Assembly: GCA_964518215.1 (NCBI GenBank)
Contig: CAZFFP010000002.1
Location: forward strand, 24,317 to 88,316
Origin: an uncultured Chitinophagaceae bacterium
Lineage (GTDB): Bacteria; Bacteroidota; Bacteroidia; Chitinophagales; CAIOSU01
DNA length: 64,000 bases
Reading direction: 5' to 3'
Positions 1 to 9,200 of this stretch are shown here, piece by piece. Position 1 is the stretch's first letter. Each line of letters starts with the position of its first letter. The translations under genes and the position numbers were made by a program. A model generated the notes under the pieces. The model saw only the letters and a program-made list of their open reading frames with translations, did not search any database and had not been told where the DNA came from.

Positions 1-1
1 G

Positions 2-70
2 AAAGAAGAAGCAGATGTGTTTTTAAAAGCATTTGCCGATGCGATGAAAGAAATGATGACAAATAATTGA
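2..70 (+). CDS. 3' end of an upstream gene cut by the window edge (possibly the arg-cluster aminotransferase)
   Basis: Frame 2 is open from the window edge to TGA 68-70 and reads KEEADVFLKAFADAMKEMMTNN*. The product guess rests only on its position upstream of argF'-argB. Confidence 0.3.
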   Translation, partial: KEEADVFLKAFADAMKEMMTNN

Positions 71-85
71 AGTTGTTTTTAATTA

Positions 86-105
86 CCGTCTACATTAGCT
101 GACGG
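86..105 (+). repeat. 20-nt quasi-palindrome CCGTCTacattaGCTGACGG (copy 1 of 2)
   Basis: The CCGTC/GACGG arms can pair. It is 17/20 identical to the reverse complement of 2643-2662. Confidence 0.5.
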
Positions 106-125
106 AAAAAATATCAGATTTAAAA

Positions 126-1076
126 ATGAAAAAATTTACCTCTGTTCATGATGCCGGCAATATTCAAATGCTGATACAAGAGGCATTGGATTTGAAAAAA
201 AATCCTTTGGCATATAATGAATTGGGCAAAGGAAAAACGATTGGCTTGCTGTTTCTCAACCCCAGTTTGCGCACACGCATGAGCACACAAAAAGCCGCAT
301 ACCATCTCGGCATGAATACCATGATGCTCAACCTTAATCAGGAAAGCTGGCAGTTGGAATTTGAGGATGGCGTTATTATGAGTGGCAACAAAAGCGAGCA
401 CATTAAAGAAGCGGCAGGTGTCATTTCACAGTATTGCGATGTGGTGGGTTTGCGCAGTTTTCCGGGCTTGGTTGACAGGACTAAAGATTACAACGAAGAA
501 GTGCTGAATAGTTTTTTGAAACACCTCAGCATACCGCTCATCAGTCTGGAAAGCGCTACGCGCCATCCGCTGCAAAGCTTTGCGGATATGCTCACGATTG
601 CCGAAAATTTTTCCGCAGAAAAAAAACCGAAAGTGGTGTTGATGTGGGCGCCTCACATCAAACCTTTACCGCAGGCTGTGCCGAATTCGTTGGCAGAATG
701 GGCATTGGCTTATGGCGCTGAATTAATTGTTGCGCAACCGGAAGGCTACGAATTGAATACCGCTTTCACTGCCGGAGCAACGACAACAAATAGTCAGGAT
801 GCAGCGCTGAAAGATGCCGATTTTGTGTATGTAAAAAACTGGTCGTCTTATGAAGATTATGGCGCTATGCCTGTGGTAAAAGATGATTGGTTACTGAATG
901 CCGAAAAAATGAAACTGACCAAGAACGCGAAAATTATGCACTGTCTTCCGGTGAGAAGAAATGTGGAACTGACAGATGAATTGTTGGACAGTCCAATATC
1001 ATTAGTGCAACAGCAGGCAGGCAATCGGGTGGTGGCGGCACAAACGGTTTTGAAAAAAATCCTTGAAACACTTTAA
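126..1076 (+). CDS. argF: N-succinyl/N-acetyl-L-ornithine carbamoyltransferase (ArgF'-type, Bacteroidota arginine pathway)
   Basis: 316 aa. It starts MKKFTSVHD and carries SLRTR (res 47-51) instead of STRTR, then HPLQSFAD and HCLPVRRN. By eye it is colinear with the Bacteroides fragilis ArgF' I remember. argB follows 2 nt after the stop. Confidence 0.9.
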   Translation: MKKFTSVHDAGNIQMLIQEALDLKKNPLAYNELGKGKTIGLLFLNPSLRTRMSTQKAAYHLGMNTMMLNLNQESWQLEFEDGVIMSGNKSEHIKEAAGVISQYCDVVGLRSFPGLVDRTKDYNEEVLNSFLKHLSIPLISLESATRHPLQSFADMLTIAENFSAEKKPKVVLMWAPHIKPLPQAVPNSLAEWALAYGAELIVAQPEGYELNTAFTAGATTTNSQDAALKDADFVYVKNWSSYEDYGAMPVVKDDWLLNAEKMKLTKNAKIMHCLPVRRNVELTDELLDSPISLVQQQAGNRVVAAQTVLKKILETL

Positions 1077-1077
1077 T

Positions 1078-1878
1078 ATGACAAAGCCTGCATTATTAGT
1101 ATTGAAAATCGGAGGCAACATCATTGATGATGAACAGGCTTTGAATAATTTTTTAGATGCGTTTTCAAAAATAGAAGGCAACAAAATGTTGGTGCATGGC
1201 GGAGGAAAATTGGCAACGCAACTGTGTGAAAAATTAGGCATCGAAACCAAAATGACAGCCGGCAGACGCATCACCGATGATGACACACTGCAAGTGGTAA
1301 CTATGACTTATGCCGGATGGGTAAACAAAAAGATTGTTGCCACATTACAATCAAAAAACTGCCTTGCCATCGGACTGAGTGGCGCGGATGCCACATTAAT
1401 TCCTGCTGTTAAAAGACCTGTAAAAGAGATTGATTACGGTTGGGTGGGTGATATACTTCCGGAAAAAATCAACACTGATTTTTTGCAAAATTTATTTCAG
1501 CAAAACATCACACCCATCATTGCGCCCATCACTTGTAATGCTGAAGGTCAGTTGCTGAATGTGAATGCAGATACTATTGCTACTTATGTGGCAGTGGCAA
1601 TGAGCCATTCATATAATGTTACGCTTGCATTATGTTTTGAAAAGAAAGGTGTGTTGCTCGATGTTGAAGATGAGCATTCATTCATTGAAAAAATTACTTA
1701 CAACGATTATGAAATACTGAAAGAAAAAGGCATTATTTCAAATGGCATGTTGCCGAAAATGGAGAACGCCTTTTATGCAGCCAACGAAGGTGTGCAGCAC
1801 GTGGTGATTGGTCATGCCGGAGATATAAAACGATTAGTTAAAAATAAAGATGGTTTCGGCACGAGGGTGATTGCATGA
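1078..1878 (+). CDS. argB: acetylglutamate kinase
   Basis: Amino-acid-kinase motifs LVLKIGG, VHGGG, NVNADT and GMLPKM. I prefer the ATG at 1078 (MTKPALLVLKIGG), just after the argF' stop, over the track start at 1063, which overlaps argF'. Confidence 0.9.
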   Translation: MTKPALLVLKIGGNIIDDEQALNNFLDAFSKIEGNKMLVHGGGKLATQLCEKLGIETKMTAGRRITDDDTLQVVTMTYAGWVNKKIVATLQSKNCLAIGLSGADATLIPAVKRPVKEIDYGWVGDILPEKINTDFLQNLFQQNITPIIAPITCNAEGQLLNVNADTIATYVAVAMSHSYNVTLALCFEKKGVLLDVEDEHSFIEKITYNDYEILKEKGIISNGMLPKMENAFYAANEGVQHVVIGHAGDIKRLVKNKDGFGTRVIA

Positions 1879-1940
1879 ATTAATTTCAAATTGCACCTGC
1901 AATTTCAAGCTATGAAAACACAAGACAAAATCTCAGTTGT

Positions 1941-2318
1941 TTACACTTCAAATAAGACACAATACAATTCAGGGATACCGAGAAAAGACTTGTCAGAGGT
2001 TAGTAAAGGCAAATTGTATTCAATCGCAGTGGCGGCAATGATAGCATCGGGCACTTTGATTTTTAGTTTTTGCTTAAGCTCAATGGTCTTTCTTTTTAGA
2101 TTATTTGAAAACTCTATGACTTCAAAACTATCCATCATTTTTTCCAAATCTCTTATTTTATTCTTAGACAAAGCCGGAGTTCCCAGCAATTGAATTTCAG
2201 AAATAAAGGAAAGAAATAAGTTCCGGTCAACAAGCGCTTTTGCAGCATTTTCCGAACCGCCATCCAGATATATCAGGATATTGGTATCCACCAAAAGTTT
2301 TCTATCTGTCCCACTCAT
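1941..2318 (-). CDS. vapC: type II toxin, PIN-domain VapC family
   Basis: 125 aa. The PIN acidic residues are in the usual order (LLVDTN, SEIQLL, PDAIIAATA, LLTSD). It overlaps the upstream small gene by 17 nt. Confidence 0.85.
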   Translation of the reverse strand: MSGTDRKLLVDTNILIYLDGGSENAAKALVDRNLFLSFISEIQLLGTPALSKNKIRDLEKMMDSFEVIEFSNNLKRKTIELKQKLKIKVPDAIIAATAIEYNLPLLTSDKSFLGIPELYCVLFEV

Positions 2319-2493
2319 CTCTCACTTTTTTCTGAAATTCCAATCCATCAACACCCTTAAAAATGCCTTTACCAAGAAATTGATAAGGGTCAAAAGTTTT
2401 TTTAGGTTTTGTTTTGCGTGCAGCACGGCTCGCCTTATCAATTTTCCGGTTCATCTCTTTGAGCGTGTCGTTCTTTTTAATTACTACTTTCAT
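2302..2493 (-). CDS. small antitoxin partner of VapC
   Basis: 63 aa with a basic middle (RKIDKASRAARKTKPKK) and a C-terminal GLEFQKKVRDEW tail, as in small antitoxins preceding PIN toxins in Bacteroidota. It sits directly upstream of vapC and overlaps it. Confidence 0.7.
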   Translation of the reverse strand: MKVVIKKNDTLKEMNRKIDKASRAARKTKPKKTFDPYQFLGKGIFKGVDGLEFQKKVRDEWDR

Positions 2494-2642
2494 GTTAATC
2501 CAGTTTTATAAAAAATAAATAATCAAAATCAATTCCGTTTAGGATATTGCAAATTACATGCTCTGAATAACCAATAAATAATGTCCCCGCTCTCAGAGTG
2601 AAGCAATGAATTTCAGTTGGCAATAGGCGTTGCCTTCATATC

Positions 2643-2662
2643 CCGTCAGCCAAAGCAGACGG
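2643..2662 (-). repeat. 20-nt quasi-palindrome (copy 2 of 2, inverted relative to 86-105)
   Basis: The minus strand reads CCGTCTgctttgGCTGACGG, matching 86-105 at 17/20 positions. Confidence 0.5.
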
Positions 2663-2851
2663 CAATTTGATTTCGCTTTGATGGAAGGGTTTTCTCTTGC
2701 CCTCGCTCGCATCTTTCGAGCGTGTGTTGTTGTTGCCTCCGGCATAATAAACTTAACGAAAGCATTTAAGGATTCGGGATTGCAAATGGAGAATAGCAAG
2801 GTAATCATAGCTTAGACAACTACCCACTAAACGCCAATCATTGCCCTGTTA

Positions 2852-2940
2852 TTCTGAGTGCAACGAAGAAACTAAGTCATAAATGAAGGGCGCACAAAAA
2901 TCAACACTTAGATTCTTCACTCCGTAAACTACGTTCAGAA
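2852..2940. repeat. imperfect inverted-repeat (hairpin) element in an orphan non-coding stretch
   Basis: The left arm is TTCTGAgtgcaacGAAGAAACTAAGT (2852-2877). The right arm is ACTTAGATTCTTCac...acgTTCAGAA (2906-2940). The outer 6 bp and inner ~12 bp can pair. The arms resemble the GTCATTCTGAGCG...GAAGAATC hairpin repeats I recall from Bacteroidota intergenic DNA. Confidence 0.5.
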
Positions 2941-3243
2941 AGACAGAGCGTAGTGAGTTGTTATAAAGGCAGAGCAAGCATCACGCAATCATTTTATCAC
3001 AGTTCAGACAGGCGCACCGATGCCCAGCATTTCGAAATCCCGAACCAGAGCGCACTATAGTTTTATTAAATTCATTTGCTTCAACCTTTGAAAGCAACAT
3101 GCTTAAATATCACGCAACAGGTTGGGTTTTTCATCTGCTTTTCTTTCCGCTGAAACAAACATCTGTGCTATTCTACTGAAAAAATCATACATTCGGTAAC
3201 ACCGACAAGCGATGCTGCCTTTTGAAAAAACAGAAATACCCAC

Positions 3244-6200
3244 ATGAAATTGATACCCGCAGCACATGAACTGATATCTGATATGAGAGATTTTTTTAAA
3301 ACAAAAAAATTAAATCAAAGTTACCTGAGCGAGGAACTGTTGAGCGAGGAGTTATACAGCTCCGAGCAGATGGAGCGGTTTGGAAAAGCGCTGGCAAAAT
3401 CGCATCAACTGAGCACCAAACCCGCAGAAGACCATTTACTCAAGCGGCTTGCCGAAAACGAAAATATATTGCAGGAAGTCAGAGAACTGCTCACCGATTC
3501 CATAAAAAAGAAATATCAAATATCTCCGGCAGGCGAATGGCTGATTGATAATTTTTATCTGATTGAAGAGCACATCCAAAGCGCTAAACTCAATTTCCCG
3601 AAAGATTACAGCGAAGACCTGCCTCAACTCTCAGGGGTTTCTTCCGGGAGCGAAACGCGCATCTATGACATTATTCAACAAGTAATTGCTCACAGTGATG
3701 GCAGAATAGATATGGAAAGCCTGAGTAGTTTTGTGAGCGCATACCAAACAGTTACCCATCTGAAATTAGGGGAACTATGGGCAATTCCCATCATGCTGCG
3801 ATTGGCGTTAATTGAAAATCTCAGACGTGTAGCAGCCCGTGTGGCGATTGACAGGGTGAACGGCAATCTTGCGAATTACTGGGCGCGGGAAATGATTGAA
3901 ACCTCTGAAAAAGACTCTAAAAACCTGATACTTGTTATCGCGGACATGGCGCGCTCCAAACCTCCGATGGTGGATGCCTTTGTGGCTGAGTTGGTCCGTC
4001 AACTGCGGGGGAAAGGTCCTGAACTGGCATTGTCGCTGAACTGGATTGAGCAGCAATTGGCTGAAAAAGGATTGACCTGCGAAGAAATGGTGAATGCTGA
4101 AGTTCAGAAGCAAGCTGCCAATCAGGTTTCGATGAGCAACAGCATTGGCAGTCTGCGTTTGTTAAATGCCATGAACTGGCGCGATTTTGTAGAGGCGCAC
4201 AGCATAGTGGAACAGACACTCCGCGAAGACATCAACGGTATCTATGGCTCTATGGATTTCGCTACACGCGACCGATACCGGCATGTGGTGGAGCATATTG
4301 CTAAAAAAAGCAAAATTGCAGAGCATGAAGTTGCCCGAATCGCCATTCAACTTGCACATGAAAGTGCTCTCGACAAGAATAAAGATGAACGCACTTCACA
4401 CGTTGGATACTTCCTCATTGGACCGGGAATAAGTCAAACTAAAAATGCAGCGAAAACACCAGTGTCGCTATTCCAAAAATTCCGTCACCTTTTGTCAAAA
4501 CACAGGTTCCGGTTATATCTGACTTTTATTTTGATAGTTACATTTGCCATCAGCGCCTGTATTTTAGCTTTGGCACATACCGATATCACCAACAATTGGC
4601 TGCTTTTCCTCATTGCCTTTGTTTCCCTGCTCTCTGTCAGTCAGCTTGCCGTTTCGATGGTTAATTTTTTTTCCACTTTATTGGTTAAGCCGCATTTACT
4701 GCCACGCATGGATTTTTCACAGAATATCCCTGCGGAATCGAGCACATTGGTTGTTATCCCCGCCATGCTCTCCAATATGAATGAAATAGAATCACTGACA
4801 GAGTCGTTGGAGATTCGTTTTTTGGCGAACCGGAATAATAATTTGCATTTTGGGTTACTGACCGATTTTACCGATGCGCAACAGGAAACACTTCCGCAAG
4901 ACCATGCACTTGTGGAATCAGTAAAACAGAAAATTGAAGCGCTGAACAAAAAATACAATCGGGAAAATAATGACTTGTTTTTCCTTTTTCATCGTCCGCG
5001 ACTGTGCAATGAAAAGGAAAATGCGTGGATGGGCTATGAAAGAAAACGCGGAAAACTCACGGACTTAAATTCCCTGTTGCGCGGTGGTTCAAAAGATTGT
5101 TTTACGCATATCATTGGCGACCAATCTATTTTCCCTCAAATAAAATATGTCATCACACTCGATGAGGATACACAACTGCCGATGGGTGCTGCCTGGAAAT
5201 TAATCGGAACGATGGCGCATCCGCTGAATCATGCGTGGTATGATGAAGAGAAAAAACGCATCACTAAAGGTTATGGTATTTTGCAGCCGCGCGTTACGAA
5301 CAGTATGCCGGATGCTACCGGTTCGTTATACATGCGCATGCACGGCAATGAGCCGGGCATTGACCCTTACACCCGCGCCTCTTCCGATGTGTATCAGGAT
5401 TTATTTGAGGAAGGCTCTTTTATCGGCAAAGGAATTTATGAGGTGGATGTTTTTCGAAAAGTGCTGGACGGAAAGTTTGCGGAAAACAGCATCCTGAGTC
5501 ATGACCTGATTGAAGGTTGCTACATACGCTCAGGGTTGGTGAGCGATGTGCAGTTTTTCGAGAAATATCCCATGCGCTATGATGCCGATATGAAAAGGCG
5601 CGCGCGTTGGGTGCGCGGTGACTGGCAAATATTCTCTTGGTTACTGCCCTTCATTCGCGAAGCGGACGGCAGTTGGCATATAAACCCGATTTCAGCATTA
5701 TCGCGCTGGAAAATATTCGACAATATCAGACGAAGCCTGGTTCCTTTCGCGCTTACTGCAATGCTGCTTTTAGGATGGTTGGTATTGCCGTCTGCTTTTT
5801 TGTGGACCATTTTAGTTACGGGGATTATTGTTGTTCCCGTCATTTTCACTTCAGCATGGAACACTATTCGGAAACCCAAAGATGTTATCATCATTCACCA
5901 CCTGAGAAATTCTATTAACAGCCTTGCCGACAATTCCACCAAAATGCTGTTTGCGCTCATTTGTCTGCCTTATGAAGCCTATGTCAATACGGTAGCCATC
6001 CTCCGCACTATTTGGAGAAAACTAATCACTAAGAAACATCTGCTCGAATGGAATCCTTCGAGAAACGAATGGAGGAAAAACAGTAACACTCTCATAGAAT
6101 CGTATGCGGTGATGTGGATTGAAATTGCGCTTCCGCTCGCGGTATTGATTTATCTGGCAAGCACTGCTCCTTTTAAATTAATCACAGCCGGACCTATCGC

Positions 6201-9200
6201 TTTGCTTTGGTTGGTTGCTCCGTTCATTACCTGGTGGTCAAGCAAGCCTTTAACAAGGAAAACAGCGGCACTTACAAACCGGCAAAATATTTTTCTCAGA
6301 AAAATGGCGAGAAAGACCTGGAGTTTTTTCGAACATTTTGTTGGCTCGGAAGACAACTGGCTGCCGCCCGATAATTTTCAGGAACTGCCTGTGGAAGCAA
6401 TTGCACATCGCACGTCTCCCACCAACATCGGACTTGCATTGTTAGCCAACATAAGCGCCCGCGACTTTGGCTACATCACCACCGGGCAAATGATTGAACG
6501 AACCGCCAATACCATCAGCGCCATGAAAAAGATGGAGCGTTACAGAGGTCATTTTTACAATTGGTATGACACCCAAACGTTAGAGCCTTTGTATCCAAAA
6601 TATATTTCAACGGTGGACAGTGGCAACCTTGCCGGACACATGCTCGTTTTGCGGCAAGGTTTATTGGCTGTTCCGCATCAAAAAATAATCGGGTCGAAAA
6701 TATTTGACGGACTGTTAGATACGCTCCGTGTGCTGTTCGACACGTTGGAAGAGAAAGACGAAGAACTCTTGCTTGCATTCAAAGAAGATTTAAAAACTGC
6801 CGGCAAGCAGGATTTGAATAAACCGCTGGAAATAAAATCAAGTGTCGCGCAATTGACAAAAACCTTTCAGGCTGTTTTTGAAAAACTGAACAGCGACACT
6901 GAAAGTGAAACATATTGGTGGAAACAAAAACTAAAAACACAATTAGAGCAACTGAATGACGCGCTTCAAATTTTCACCCCCTGGGAATTGTTAGCGACTG
7001 CTCCGGCTCAGTTCAAAGATTTGGTTTCATTCCATCAAAATCCAACGCTGAACACATTATTAAAGACCGCGCGGAAAATGCGAGAGGAATTAAATTTTCA
7101 GCGCGATGCGAATAGTGAAAACGAATGGCTTGAATTATTTCAAACGGCATTAACACATACGATTGAACAGGCGGAAGAACAAATCACCAACTCTGAAATG
7201 CTTGCGCACCAATGCAACGACCTGGCAGAAATGTATTGGGATTTTCTGTTAGACAAAAGCTCTAATCTTTTTATTATCGGTTATAACGTGCAGGAGCGTC
7301 ATGCGGATTTGAGCTATTATGACCTGCTGGCATCCGAAGTCAGGTTGGGCGTTTTCGTAGGCATCGCGCAGGGGAAATTGCCTGAAGAAAGTTGGTTTGC
7401 GTTAGGACGCTTGCTCACGAATGTAGATGGTTCGCCCATTCTGCTTTCGTGGAGCGGTTCCATGTTTGAATACTTGATGCCGCAATTGGTGATGCCCTCT
7501 TACGAAAACACCCTGCTCGACCAAACTGCAAAAGCAGCGGTGGAAAGTCAAATCAATTATGGAAAAAAAACAGGGCATCCCTGGGGCATTTCGGAGTCCG
7601 GGTATAATATGTTGAGCGCGGAGTCGCATTATCAATACAGCGCATTCGGCATTCCCGGCTTGGGACTGAAACGCGGACTGGAAGATGATTTCGTCATCAC
7701 TCCGTATGCCTCTGCGCTGGCACTGATGGTAACTCCCGAAAGGGCTTGCAGAAATTTAGAGCTGCTCCATGAAAAAGGATTTCAGGGAAGACATGGATTT
7801 TATGAAGCCGTTGATTATACACCCTCGCGTTTGCCGCGCGGACAAAGCGAGGCGATTGTTTATTCATTCATGGCGCATCATCAGGGAATGAGTTTGCTCT
7901 CTTTGGCGCATCTGCTGCTTGACCAACCCATGCAAAAATTATTTGAAGCGGAACCGCAGTTTAAGGCAGCGCTTTTGTTATTGCAGGAACGCATTCCAAA
8001 AACAACCACCTACTTTGCGCATACCACCGATGTGTCGGATATTAGTTATGTATCGAGCGCCATCGAAACACGCATATTAAATACGCCCCATACGCCCATC
8101 CCGGAAGTGCAGTTGTTGTCCAATGGAAAATATCATGTCATGGTAACCAATGCCGGAGCGGGATACAGCCGTTGGAAAGATTTCGCGGTTACGCGCTGGC
8201 GCGAGGATGCAGCACGTGATAATTGGGGGACGTTTTGTTATATCCGAGATTTGGACAGCAAAGATTTTTGGTCGAACACACATCAGCCCACACTTCAAAA
8301 AGGAGAAAAATATGAAGCGGTCTTCGCGCATGGCCATGTGGATTTTCGCACAACCAACAACGAAATAGAAACACATACTGAAATTGTTGTTTCACCGGAA
8401 GATGATATAGAAATGCGCAGGCTTCGCGTTTCGAATCGGTCTTCCGCTAACAGAACGATTGAGCTTACCAGCTACGGGGAAGTAGTGCTCGCGCCTGCCG
8501 CTTCCGATTTGATGCAGCCGATTTTCAGCAATCTTTTTGTGCAAACGGAAATCATCCCGGAGCAACGTGCCATTATCTGCACGCGCAGACCGCGCTCTGC
8601 CGAAGAGCATCCTCCGTGGATGTGCCATTTGATGACCATGCATGGAAAAATTCCCGAAGAAATTTCATACGAAACCGACAGGATGCAATTTATCGGTCGT
8701 GGAAATTCCATCGTGCATCCGCAGGCGATGAACACTTCTGGACCGCTGTCGGGAAAACAGGGCGCGGTGTTAGACCCCATTGTGGCAATCCGGTATAAAA
8801 TAAAATTGGAGCCGGATGAAACCGTTACACTCGACATGGTTACAGGCATTGCCGAGACAAAAGAAACTTGTAAATACCTGATTGAAAAATATCAGGACAA
8901 ACATCATAAAGACCGTGTATTTGAATTAGCGTGGACACACAGCCAAGTGGTGCTTCGTCAAATCAACGCTTCGGAAGGCGATGCGCAATTGTATGGACGG
9001 CTTGCCAACTCCATCCTGTTTACCAACCCGGCATTTCGTGCAGACCCTGCCATTCTTATCAACAATCACCGGCAGCAGTCAGGTTTGTGGGGCTATTCCA
9101 TTTCGGGCGACTTGCCCATCGTGCTGTTGAAAATTGAGAACCAGGCGAATGTGAAATTGGTGCGGCAAATGGTGCAGGCTCATGCATACTGGCGCTTGAA

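Noticed and set aside
2593-2815. Two ORFs (71 aa minus, 61 aa plus) in the spacer between vapB and cgs.
   Set aside because: They overlap each other on opposite strands and span hairpin repeats. Their composition looks non-coding, and no start context or motif supports either.
2494-3243. Possible tRNA, tmRNA or other classical RNA gene in the 750-bp spacer.
   Set aside because: There is no GTTCGAATC-type T-loop with matching acceptor stem. The closest string, GGTTCGGGATTTCGAA on the minus strand near 3033-3048, has no complementary arms. No tmRNA tag-like reading frame ending in ALAA is present. This was a check by eye only, so an Infernal scan is still advisable.
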